From the IMG/VR virus record IMGVR_UViG_3300027747_002427: a DNA stretch of 64,000 nucleotides. One strand, written 5' to 3'. The notes under the pieces are model-generated. The model made no database searches, had not been told where the DNA came from, and saw only the letters and a program-made list of their open reading frames with translations. A program made the position numbers and the translations under genes. Within the stretch, counting starts at the first letter, position 1. Each line of letters begins with the position of its first letter. Positions 1 through 9,767 of this stretch are shown piece by piece. Source of the stretch: a virus (lineage: Duplodnaviria > Caudoviricetes).

Positions 1-233
1 AGATCTTTAGCTAATTGTATAAATTGTTGCTTTACACTATCTTTTACAATTTTTTTGTCTTGAAGTTGTTTCTTATACCAGCTTTGGACATATTCTAAAT
101 AAGCTTCTTGAGCATTTTCTGGTATTAATGCATCTTGATACTCTATCCAGTCTTTGTAAGGTAGAGGGGCTTGTGTATTTAAAGATACACTAGATGTCAT
201 GGCCATAAGTTAAAATACTTATAATAAACGCCT

Positions 234-1613
234 TTATATTCCGAAAACAACTAATGAAATATTTGTTGAATCCACATAACCAGAAGTCACTGCATTCTTA
301 GCTGGTGGTGATACTCTAGTAGCTGTTATAGTAACATCTGTATTTGCTTGAGAATTTACACTTAAAATGGCTGTATCCGGTGTTGTAGAAGGATCATTAC
401 AATTACCAACAGCTGCATATAAATTATCTGATCTATCATGTCTGAATGATACCTTCCATTGTCCGGTGCCAAGTTTTGATATACCATCCACGTTAAAACA
501 AGAACGTATACCAAAGCTATTAAATGTATAAGCATTACCTGTTAACACTCTTGAATCTGCTGCATTACCGTTTAATAATGTAAATTGTGCGGTATTAGTT
601 GCCGTGTCAATACTAGTTATTCTTATAGGTTCTTGATTATAAATGCCTGGTGCTGAGATGTAAAAGGTTACACCAACATCTGTTGCAGCCCATTTAATAG
701 TACCAATACTAGCTTGCCATTGACCATTTGGTGACCCAGCTGTTAAACTAATTTGATCTCCAGAAACACCATTAGCTTGAGCACCTACAGCCTTTTTAAC
801 TGTCACATTACCCGATGAGGTACCGTAAACTTTTCTAGGAACTTTGACTCGAAAGACATTATTATTTATTTTTGTTGCTATGTAATTACCAGCTACAAAA
901 ACCTGACTATTATTAAATGTTTGATATTGTTGTACGTATACTCTATTTTGTAATATTTTATTAGTAGGTACCGTAACAACAGCACCAGCAAAATATTGTA
1001 TATTAGAAAGATTAACTGTATTGCCAGTAGCTATCCCGTGATTAGGACAATTTATTTCTATTGTTTGATCACCAGCATTACCAGCAACATCTGTAAATCC
1101 AGCTGTTCGCACCTCTGGAGCATATCCAGTTCCGGATGTTACTCTTGCTCCGTTAAAATTAACCCAAGCATCTGCTATTCTATCCTGAACAGCTTCTGTT
1201 GAATCTCCGTTTTTTAATTCAGAATAACCAATACTATTCGGTTGAATAATATCGGCTGAAATAAGACCAGGAGCACATAAACTTGCGTCAATAGTACCCG
1301 GAGCAATCATGTTTCGAGTTATGAATGCTCCAGCTTGTAATTGTATAGTTAAAGTGTTAGTGCCTTGTATAAGGTCTATTCCAAACCCTTCTAATATAGT
1401 ATTAAAGATAAGTTTTGTTCTATCAGGGGATAAAGAACTGAATATAGGTATTCCATCACCAAGACTAGCAGCATCGGTGATACCTGAAAATTGTTTTACA
1501 AATGTATCACCATTTACTTTGTAGGTGGTGTCTCCATTTACTTTTATAAAAGTATCTGCATTTGAAATTTTTGAATTATCTAATGGTAGATCTGTGATTC
1601 TTACTCCGGGCAT
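234..1613 (-). CDS. Tail fibre/adhesin-like structural protein
   Basis: N-terminal GVRITDLP attachment-type motif; Gly/Thr/Asn-rich beta content; AWVNFNG and IRSCFNVDGISKLGTGQWKVSF segments typical of phage fibre C-terminal domains. Confidence 0.55.
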   Translation of the reverse strand: MPGVRITDLPLDNSKISNADTFIKVNGDTTYKVNGDTFVKQFSGITDAASLGDGIPIFSSLSPDRTKLIFNTILEGFGIDLIQGTNTLTIQLQAGAFITRNMIAPGTIDASLCAPGLISADIIQPNSIGYSELKNGDSTEAVQDRIADAWVNFNGARVTSGTGYAPEVRTAGFTDVAGNAGDQTIEINCPNHGIATGNTVNLSNIQYFAGAVVTVPTNKILQNRVYVQQYQTFNNSQVFVAGNYIATKINNNVFRVKVPRKVYGTSSGNVTVKKAVGAQANGVSGDQISLTAGSPNGQWQASIGTIKWAATDVGVTFYISAPGIYNQEPIRITSIDTATNTAQFTLLNGNAADSRVLTGNAYTFNSFGIRSCFNVDGISKLGTGQWKVSFRHDRSDNLYAAVGNCNDPSTTPDTAILSVNSQANTDVTITATRVSPPAKNAVTSGYVDSTNISLVVFGI

Positions 1614-1635
1614 AATTTTATTTTATATATTTACA

Positions 1636-1941
1636 CTATATGAGCAAATTGTAAGTGTAAATCTCCTCATACGCATCCGGTCTAATTGTCCTGCTGTTAA
1701 TATCAATTAATAATCCTATATCTGTAAATGGATCATATAAAGGAGAATCTCCTGGAAATTCTTGTATAAGAAAGAATTGATCGGCTACCTCGTCTAATGC
1801 TAATAAATCCAAAGCAGTTTCTACAGCTACATTCTTTTTAGCTATACATCCAGCAGCTATATTATTATACACTGGAAAACTTCCTAAGATGGTATTAAGC
1901 GACTTACGATAAGAATTATAAATGGTAATATTAGGATCCAT
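1636..1941 (-). CDS. Hypothetical protein
   Basis: 101-aa ORF preceded by a TAAATA late-type motif. Confidence 0.45.
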   Translation of the reverse strand: MDPNITIYNSYRKSLNTILGSFPVYNNIAAGCIAKKNVAVETALDLLALDEVADQFFLIQEFPGDSPLYDPFTDIGLLIDINSRTIRPDAYEEIYTYNLLI

Positions 1942-1988
1942 CTTAAAATATTTATTGAAAAGGTCTTAATTTATGTTAAATTAAATAT

Positions 1989-2750
1989 ATGTTCAATAAA
2001 AAGGTCTTAATTAAATTTATAGCTGAAACCAAAGAATTTTTAGAAATAGCACCTAAACCAGAACCCAGCTCTCGCAATACCCCAGTTTGGTTTAAGAATA
2101 CTCCCTCTTATATAGACGATAAAAAAGGTATAGACTCTTATAGCGACCCTAATAGCACTATTAAGAAATGTATGCCAGTAGTAGATGCTATGACTTCTGG
2201 GTATCATATATTATTACCCTGTGATGTTTGGGTGTATAATGAAGGACAAGATAAGATAAAATTCCAATGGGCATGGGAAGATTTAGAAATAATATCTGGA
2301 ACTAGAAAGGAACAACACAATTTATATCCTACTCCAGATGGTTTTTATTCTACAGTATTTAAATGGATTAATCATTGGATAACCAAAACCCCAAAGGGAT
2401 GGTCTTGTTTGTTTACTCATCCTTTACATTATGATGATCTACCGTTTAAATGTTTAACCTCTATGGTTGACACAGACAAGTATCCTTCTCCAGTCCATTT
2501 CCCTTTCTTTCTCAGAAAGGATTTCAGCGGTTTGATTCCTAAAGGAACTCCTATTATGCAAGTGATACCTTTTAAGAGAGAACACTTTAAGTCTCAATTC
2601 TCTTATGATAGAGGACAATTCAAAAGACTTTGGGACAAGGCTCATACAGAATTCTTTGATAGATATTTAAAGAATTTTAGAACTCCTAAAAACTTTGAAC
2701 AAGGAGAAGTTGCTAAATGTCCATTTGCTTTTATGCATAAGGACAAGTAA
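1989..2750 (+). CDS. Conserved phage hypothetical protein (TIKKCMP...KTPKGWSCLF...IPKGTPIMQVIPFKRE type)
   Basis: 253-aa ORF; motif pattern familiar from aquatic phage proteins; function unknown. Confidence 0.6.
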   Translation: MFNKKVLIKFIAETKEFLEIAPKPEPSSRNTPVWFKNTPSYIDDKKGIDSYSDPNSTIKKCMPVVDAMTSGYHILLPCDVWVYNEGQDKIKFQWAWEDLEIISGTRKEQHNLYPTPDGFYSTVFKWINHWITKTPKGWSCLFTHPLHYDDLPFKCLTSMVDTDKYPSPVHFPFFLRKDFSGLIPKGTPIMQVIPFKREHFKSQFSYDRGQFKRLWDKAHTEFFDRYLKNFRTPKNFEQGEVAKCPFAFMHKDK

Positions 2751-3183
2751 GTATCTTAAATGGACTCTTACACAAGTAATCCTATATCACCGGTTCAAAC
2801 CGGCTTTGAAGCTAATGTAAATAAAAGTATAGCTGGTAATGTAACTGTAGAATTACCCACACCTAGTGTACCCCTCCATAAGAAAAAAGTTTCGGAGATT
2901 GCTGATTGTATAGAAAGAATAGTAAATCTTTTAACGAAAATCAAGAATTAAATTTAATGCAAAAACAAACCATAATAATACCAATACCAAGAAAGCCTAG
3001 CTTTGCTCAAAGAGAAGCATATATCAATGTAGAGATTGATAAGATTCAAAGAGATTTAATTTCAAAAGGCTTTAAACCTATTTCTTTTGAAGTTAATAGC
3101 AAGACGGATCAAAGAGCTAGTGTTACCTTTTATTTTCAAAAGTAGTTGACTTTGGTATACATTGACCTATTATTATAGGTCTT

Positions 3184-3624
3184 ATGAAATACACAAATGC
3201 AACATCAATTTGGTTTGGAAGTTTATCTTATACAAGTAATCTTCTTTCAAAGGTTATTCTTTGTAGCAAAACTCTAGTAGACTTTAGTCGCTGGTGTGAT
3301 ATCAATGCTAACCTAGCAGAAGATGAAGATTCTTTAATCTCAGCAGACTATTGGAATGGTTCAGAGAATGACATTATTAATATCTTTAGAGAGATAAATC
3401 ATCTTTCAGAAGAAGGACACGGATATCATGGCAAGTATCTATTAAAGCGTTTAAGCTTCTTAGCTAAAGAAGGTTTGAACCTTGCAGAAGGAATAGACTT
3501 CCTAAAATACCGTAAGCTTAGTGAAGATGAAGTAAATTCGGTTATCCTTTCTTCTAAGAAGTTTCGTAAGCCTCGCGTCTCTAAGAGAGATGCAAAGGGT
3601 AAATTTACATCTAAAAAGAAATAA
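3184..3624 (+). CDS. Hypothetical protein with basic C-terminal RDAKGKF motif
   Basis: 146-aa ORF. Confidence 0.5.
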   Translation: MKYTNATSIWFGSLSYTSNLLSKVILCSKTLVDFSRWCDINANLAEDEDSLISADYWNGSENDIINIFREINHLSEEGHGYHGKYLLKRLSFLAKEGLNLAEGIDFLKYRKLSEDEVNSVILSSKKFRKPRVSKRDAKGKFTSKKK

Positions 3625-3638
3625 TTTTCCCAATTGGC

Positions 3639-3667
3639 TTGAGTTTTCCCAATAATGGGGATATTAT
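3639..3667 (+). promoter_or_regulatory. Outlying copy of the early promoter repeat
   Basis: TTGAGT-tttcccaataatgggga(17)-TATTAT. Confidence 0.65.
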
Positions 3668-3713
3668 TAAGAGGAAGAATAACAACAACACAAACACCTA
3701 ATAAAAAAATAAT

Positions 3714-4523
3714 ATGGACACATACACACTAAACCAAGCAATTCAGATGGCGCCAGCAATCGCCGCAACGGAGCCTTCACCGATCGTTTCAGATCGCTAC
3801 AGCTTCATCAACACCGGAGAGTTCCTCGAGAAGGCAATCGACTCTGGATGGACAATCCGCAACGTTCGTCAGGGCAAGAGCCGTTACGGAATGCATAAGG
3901 TAGACCTCATCCAGACCCAACACAAAGACAGCAGTCTTGTTGGTGAGGGTATGCCTCAGATCAGCATCATCAATAGCCACGACCGCTCCAAGAGGTTCCA
4001 GGTTATGATGGGCTTCTTCCGTTTGGTTTGTTCTAACGGTCTTGTGGTTGCCACAGGAGCTAACCTTAATATCCGAGCAATGCATCGCTTCGGTGATGAT
4101 AAGCTCTCCACGCTCATGAGCACTATGGAGCAGGGCATCAAGCAGTTCAGCGTCATCGGACAGAAGGTTGAGCAGTTCCGAGATCGTATCCTCTCTCAGG
4201 AAGAGAAGAACGCTCTTGCGCGCTTCGCTCACTACATCAGGTTCCGCTATCGCCAGAACCTTCCTACCTCCATCAAGCCAGATGCACTCCTCGGAGTTCG
4301 TCGGGATGTTGATCAGGGTAATGATCTCTGGAGGGTTTACAATACCATTCAGGAGAACATGACTCACGGTGGTCATAACCTCGGACGAGGTCTCACCCGT
4401 CTCGAAGACGACACTCGGTTCAATAGTGAGTTCTGGGTCGGTGCAGAGTCCGCTCTCACAACTCGCGGAGCAGATTTCGAAAGGACCCTCAAGACCCTCT
4501 TCCCTAAGAAGGAGAGGGCTTAA
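3714..4523 (+). CDS. DUF932/DUF945 family phage/plasmid protein
   Basis: SDRYSFINT, IINSHDRS and GFFRLVCSNGL motifs, plus DLWRVYNTIQEN. Confidence 0.75.
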   Translation: MDTYTLNQAIQMAPAIAATEPSPIVSDRYSFINTGEFLEKAIDSGWTIRNVRQGKSRYGMHKVDLIQTQHKDSSLVGEGMPQISIINSHDRSKRFQVMMGFFRLVCSNGLVVATGANLNIRAMHRFGDDKLSTLMSTMEQGIKQFSVIGQKVEQFRDRILSQEEKNALARFAHYIRFRYRQNLPTSIKPDALLGVRRDVDQGNDLWRVYNTIQENMTHGGHNLGRGLTRLEDDTRFNSEFWVGAESALTTRGADFERTLKTLFPKKERA

Positions 4524-4664
4524 TCATATGGCAGGCAAAGGATCAAGAGAAAGAACATCAAACCGCAAAGCTTATAACAACAACTTCGACCTTATCAAAA
4601 AAGGTAAGGTCGAAGGGTTCGTTATGGTTAAAGGCGGAAAGCAAATTAAGAAATATTAATAATT

Positions 4665-4778
4665 TGACTAGGGTGCGAGTTCTGAAAGCTAAAGAACTTC
4701 CGCAACAGGTGATAGCGAAGCATAGTATACGATGAACGTGTAGCCTGTCCGAAGTACCACCAAAGTATTTCCTAGTCA
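4665..4778 (+). ncRNA. Candidate ~114-nt structured RNA
   Basis: Terminal stem TGACTAGG/CCTAGTCA enclosing AGTTCT/AGAACT, ACAGG/CCTGT and TATACG/CGTGTA helices in an intergenic gap; strand not certain. Confidence 0.35.
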
Positions 4779-4793
4779 TCAATTTTTAAAAAA

Positions 4794-5189
4794 ATGAACA
4801 TCAAAGTAAGAATCAACAATGTAGAGTTTAGAAATAACTGTAACATTAATCCATCTATTGATAACGGAGAGTTTATTGTGTGGTCACCTAATGAAAGATA
4901 TGGTAAGATTCAAGAATATCTTGATAAAGGATATATCAATGAAGGTGATCATCTTCGTAGTCCTAATGGAGCTTATATTTCTTTAAGTCTCTTTGAGCAC
5001 AAGGAAATATGTTGTGTTATTGCTTGGTTAAAATATGATAAGAAGGAAGGATGTTGTACTCTGGAATCAGTTGGTCCTAGACTTTTAGATTTGAATGAAG
5101 AGCAAAAAAAAGATTTTAAAGATTTCTTTGAAGTATATGCAATTGCTGAAAAGAAGATGATTGAAGTAAACAACCCTAAAGAAGACTAA
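4794..5189 (+). CDS. Hypothetical protein
   Basis: 131-aa ORF in the co-oriented gene run. Confidence 0.5.
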   Translation: MNIKVRINNVEFRNNCNINPSIDNGEFIVWSPNERYGKIQEYLDKGYINEGDHLRSPNGAYISLSLFEHKEICCVIAWLKYDKKEGCCTLESVGPRLLDLNEEQKKDFKDFFEVYAIAEKKMIEVNNPKED

Positions 5190-5451
5190 TATGTACAAAA
5201 AAGATTATAAGATAGGCTCATTTAAGTTTCTTAAAGAAGGTAGTTCATTTAACTATGCTCAAGTCTCTAATAAGAAAGGAGAAGTTATTTATATCTTTCT
5301 TGACCCTAGAGATGATACTTGGTACTTTCTTCATAATGAAAACACATTTTTTAATGTAGTAAATTTGAATAAGTTTGTTGAAGGGCCTTACTATCAATAC
5401 AAGAAGGATCAAGTGGCAAAAGAAGCTTTAGAAGAGTTTTAATTTAAGATT

Positions 5452-5652
5452 ATGGAGACTAGAACTGTATCATTACTCAAAGCTATCTCTTATAGAATCC
5501 TTGGCTCTATAACTACCTTCCTCGCTTGTTTCTTCTTTACTGGTAAGCCTTTTATTTCATTAGGAGTATCTGTATTTGACTTCTTTGCAAAAACTATTCT
5601 ATACTATGTACACGAAAGAGCTTGGGAGCATATAAAGAAAAAATATAGTTGA
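5452..5652 (+). CDS. DUF2061 small membrane protein
   Basis: SLLKAISYRILGS...KTILYYVHERAW pattern. Confidence 0.75.
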   Translation: METRTVSLLKAISYRILGSITTFLACFFFTGKPFISLGVSVFDFFAKTILYYVHERAWEHIKKKYS

Positions 5653-5686
5653 GTATCCACATTTAAATCTATAATATATTTAAATC

Positions 5687-6397
5687 ATGAAGAACATATA
5701 CAAATTAATCTTATTCGTAGCAATTATTAGCCTTTCAGCTTGTGCTTATTATCCGGGTCCTATAGACGCAGGGTATGGAGTAGTGGGTGGAGGAGGATAT
5801 CCTGTGTATGCTGGTGGATATCAAGGTTATAGTGGAGGTTATTATCCAGTTTACAATGGTATGGGATGGGGAGGTTATAACTATGGTGGAGGCTCGGGAA
5901 GCGGTTCAGGTAATAGCCTATTTGGTTGGAATAATGGTAATAACGGAAATGTTACAGTTAATAACACTTATACCGGAGGAAGTTATACAGGTCCTAGCAA
6001 TAATGGTAATACTACCTATAACAGAACAACGACAGCTACAGGTGGTACCACAACGGCTACAGCCGCGACAGTGAATCCTAGCGCATCTTATCAAGGTCGT
6101 GGTATGAATGGTGCCGGGTCATATCAAAGCAGAGCAATGAATGGTGGAGGGGGCATGGGTGGATCTTATCAAGGAAGAAGTATGAATGGTGGAGGGGGCA
6201 TGGGTGCATCATATCAAGGTCGTGGTATGGGCGGAGGAGGCATGGGTGGATCTTATCAAGGAAGAAGTATGGGTGGTATGGGCGGAGGAGGCATGGGCGG
6301 ATCTTATCAAGGAAGAAGTATGGGTGGTATGGGCGGAGGTGGAATGCGAGGCGGTATGGGTGGTGGAGGGGGAATGCATGGAGGCAGAGGAATGTAA
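5687..6397 (+). CDS. Gly-rich low-complexity lipoprotein with SYQGR repeats
   Basis: Signal peptide with lipobox LSA-C; six SYQ[G/S]R[G/S/A]M repeats separated by Gly/Met runs. Confidence 0.7.
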   Translation: MKNIYKLILFVAIISLSACAYYPGPIDAGYGVVGGGGYPVYAGGYQGYSGGYYPVYNGMGWGGYNYGGGSGSGSGNSLFGWNNGNNGNVTVNNTYTGGSYTGPSNNGNTTYNRTTTATGGTTTATAATVNPSASYQGRGMNGAGSYQSRAMNGGGGMGGSYQGRSMNGGGGMGASYQGRGMGGGGMGGSYQGRSMGGMGGGGMGGSYQGRSMGGMGGGGMRGGMGGGGGMHGGRGM

Positions 6398-6520
6398 TGT
6401 TTGAAAAATTAAAATATTACTTTTGGTTGACTTATTATTTTATTAAAAACGGTCCAGAGATCATTTATCTTTTGATTTATAAAGAGTATCTTTATATTCG
6501 ATTAATGATTATGAATTTAT

Positions 6521-7513
6521 TTGATCTGTGATAAATATATAGTGACTCAAAGGTTTAATATTATAACAGATAAGCTTCTTAATGAAGCAAGAGCTTTAGA
6601 ACTCACTCCAGAAGAGAATGCTCAAGTGTTAAAAGCTTTAGATGAGTATAAAGAAGCAACAGCATGGATGGATGAAATAGGAATAAATCCTAAAAAGATT
6701 ACTAAGTCTCAAATAAAAGAATTGTCCCAATATAGAATAAACAATAAACCCATAGTATTTAAAGAAGTTAAAGTAGGTCCGGACAAATATCACGGAGTAC
6801 AACTTAGTAATATTAAATTTAAAGATCGTAAGAAGAAAGAAGGATATCAAAATACTAATGCTTTAGTATTCGTCAATTATGACAATCCTTTAGAAGACCT
6901 TTCAGCAATTATATACGAAGTAGATAGAGGAGCTGGAGTCAATCAACCAGTAATCGTTATTAATAATGATTATGTAGGTGGTAAGATGAAAGACCTTTAT
7001 GCTTTAATATCTCACGAGTTACTTCACGGAGTCCAAAAGTATAAGGAAAAGACCAAAGAATATGAACAAGCTATAGAAGATATTCGTAATAATTTAGAAT
7101 GGGATCGAGTAGATTATTATACAGACCCAGGAGAATTAGAAGTTCAAATAGGTGAAGTGGTTGGTAACGTTCGCCATTTCATGGAGAATGAATATCGCAA
7201 GTATCAACAAATAAACAAGACAGAAGGTTATCCAGAAAAGGGTTGGGCTGCTAGACGTAATCTTATTTTAGATGAACTTAAAGCATTCTTTAGTTCTCCT
7301 CCAGAAAATTATTTTGAATATAAAAATCTTAAGATACCTCAGTATCTTAAACGTAGCCAAGAGTTCTTAGAGACAATAGTTGGTCTCTATGGTGCTTCCA
7401 AAGAGACAGAAAAAGGTTTTGAGAAGAAGGAATGGGAAGGCCCTTGGAGAAGATTACAAAGGGCTCTCCATAGTGTATACGAGGAGTTGCAACAAAAGTA
7501 TCCAGTTAAATAG
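6521..7513 (+). CDS. Putative zinc metallopeptidase-like protein
   Basis: ISHELLHGVQ (HExxH) with a downstream ELE; LLNEA near the N-terminus. Confidence 0.45.
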   Translation: MICDKYIVTQRFNIITDKLLNEARALELTPEENAQVLKALDEYKEATAWMDEIGINPKKITKSQIKELSQYRINNKPIVFKEVKVGPDKYHGVQLSNIKFKDRKKKEGYQNTNALVFVNYDNPLEDLSAIIYEVDRGAGVNQPVIVINNDYVGGKMKDLYALISHELLHGVQKYKEKTKEYEQAIEDIRNNLEWDRVDYYTDPGELEVQIGEVVGNVRHFMENEYRKYQQINKTEGYPEKGWAARRNLILDELKAFFSSPPENYFEYKNLKIPQYLKRSQEFLETIVGLYGASKETEKGFEKKEWEGPWRRLQRALHSVYEELQQKYPVK

Positions 7514-8370
7514 TATTTTTTATTATCCTTATACTTCATAAGTATAAGTGTGAAGGCTTCAAAGTCTAAAGAATACATTCAGGAAAAGGTTTTAAAAGAT
7601 TTCCAGAATGCTGCTAAAAAGTTTTATGAAGAAACTGAAAAAGAATATTTGGATGACCTTCGTAATAAAATGCGAGATGGTACAATAGATATTATTAATA
7701 GAAGTGTTAGTGAAATATCTATTGAATATGCAGAACAGTATCAAGATTATATAAAGAATTCCAAAAAGCTAGAAACCTTTATTAAAAATTACGTTAATGA
7801 TACTTTTGATTTGATATGTGATAGTCTTAGTGAAGACTTAATAGAACAGGAAGAAGCAGAAGAAGCTTTCTTAACTCTTAAACATATATTGACCGCCGGA
7901 AAGATTCATATAGACGAAGAGACTAAGATAAAAACAAAAAGACCTTCTAGAAAAAGAGATTGATTTATTATTATAATATAATATTATATTAATAATGAAA
8001 CACATAACTTATATTGTATATTGCATTTGCATGTATAGTTTGACTTTTCTACCTTTCTTTTACGTTATTTTTTGGAGAAATGCCAATCCGTGGTGGTTCC
8101 TATTAGCAGCGTTTATGGCTAATATGGTTTCTTCACCATCAGCTTGGGGTCTTACAGAACAATCCAAACAAGAAAAATTAATAATAACAGAAGATGACCC
8201 AAAATAACTTTGGATCGTTTGGACAAGAATCTAGCTTTAGTAATGAAGATTCTAAGGCACTTGATAGATGGTATCAAGAATATAGAAGAAAGGTTTTAAA
8301 TCTCCCTAAAGAATATAAACCTAAACGTAAAAAGAGATCGGGCAATTCCAAATATTAATCTTTAATATAT

Positions 8371-8631
8371 TTGGATATGAATTGCAGAACCTGTTGTAAC
8401 CCAATTGAAACGGAGCGTCTCATGATTCTCCCTAATACCGTTGTTTGTGCTGCTTGTGCGCAGAAACATAATTTTGTTAAACCTCGATTAGGTAGAATGG
8501 TATTCGGCCATAAAACCGGAGCAGAGATACAAATTATGTCTCAACAATCTTTTAAAGAAACTAAGATGTATTATGAGCCTATTGGTTCAAGGTCTGCTGT
8601 AAAGAATTTCTCTAAGAACATTTGTGCATGA
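8371..8631 (+). CDS. TraR/DksA-type C4 zinc finger protein
   Basis: CxxC-NPIETERLMILPNTVV-CxxC spacing and the ERL..LP motif. Confidence 0.7.
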   Translation: MDMNCRTCCNPIETERLMILPNTVVCAACAQKHNFVKPRLGRMVFGHKTGAEIQIMSQQSFKETKMYYEPIGSRSAVKNFSKNICA

Positions 8632-9108
8632 GCCGATACGTTGTACAACGATGGTCAGGAGCTGCTTGGTATGATTCTATGTGCTCTCCTTATGATACCA
8701 TGGGAGAAGTTAAAAAACATTTAAAAGATTATTCTTGGCATTATACCGAAGAAAATCCTTGTAGAATTAAAGATTATAAACCTAAAAAAGTTCAAAAGTA
8801 TTCTCCCAAATATAATTGGAATACCGACGAAGGAATAGTTATACAAAATCATTAAATTTGCGACCGTAAAAGGGAGTAAGTATATAGTGCACTCTGTTGA
8901 TCAACTTACGGTTAAATGGATGGGATTTTATAAAACTCCCGACGAAGCTCAAAGTGTGCTAGAAGATAAAACTAAAAGAGTAAGTGAAGGGTTTAATATA
9001 GTTTCTTCTTCAAAGCAATTAATAGATAACAATTCATTGTCTAAAAAGGATCTTTTACTTTTTAAATTTACAATAGTTAAAGCAGTCAAAGAGGGTAAGT
9101 AATAGATA

Positions 9109-9483
9109 ATGAACGAGAAAGATATCAATTTAATTGCCGAAGCTTACAGTAAAGTAGGCATAGTACAAGAATCATTTAACTATATGGATCTTGCTAAGGA
9201 AGTTCTCCATGCAGCTGAAGAGCACATCAATGATGGTGTTAGACATACATTTGCCGAGATTTGGTCTGGAAGCAAAGAATATGATATGGTTTTAGATCGT
9301 TATGTAGAAGACTTAAGGGAATTGGTTGATGTGGCAGAAAACCTTAAGAAAGGTGATATGGAAAAGGTTAAGAGACTTTATAAAGGTTTGGATATGACTG
9401 TTAAAGATCATCTTCCAAAGTCTTTTATTTCATTAGCTGATAATCTTTCATTGTCAGAAGTTCCAGAAAAATCCGAGGAGTAA
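9109..9483 (+). CDS. Hypothetical protein with DxxLIxEAY N-terminal motif
   Basis: MNEKDINLIAEAYSKV. Confidence 0.55.
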   Translation: MNEKDINLIAEAYSKVGIVQESFNYMDLAKEVLHAAEEHINDGVRHTFAEIWSGSKEYDMVLDRYVEDLRELVDVAENLKKGDMEKVKRLYKGLDMTVKDHLPKSFISLADNLSLSEVPEKSEE

Positions 9484-9767
9484 TCATGGCTCGCATAGTC
9501 CATTGGGGTGGCCAGGATTATAAAGTCTTAGATGGTCAAAAGTCTTATGGACCATTTGATAAACAAGAAGCTCAAGACTTTCTAAAAGAATTAGAAGATC
9601 TAAATGCTCCAGCCTCTTACGAAGATTTTAAAAAACTATTTGGACCCGTTCAAGCTCAACTTAGAAAAGATGTAGCAGAAAGAGAAGCTGCTAGAGCTGA
9701 AGAAGAAAAGAAAAGAAAAGCAGCTGGCGAAGCTGAATTAAAAAGTCTTTCATTCAAGAGACATTTC

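Noticed and set aside
4665-4778. 5S rRNA or SRP RNA
   Set aside because: The length is similar, but the conserved 5S loop sequences and the SRP helix-8 GNRA hairpin are absent on both strands.
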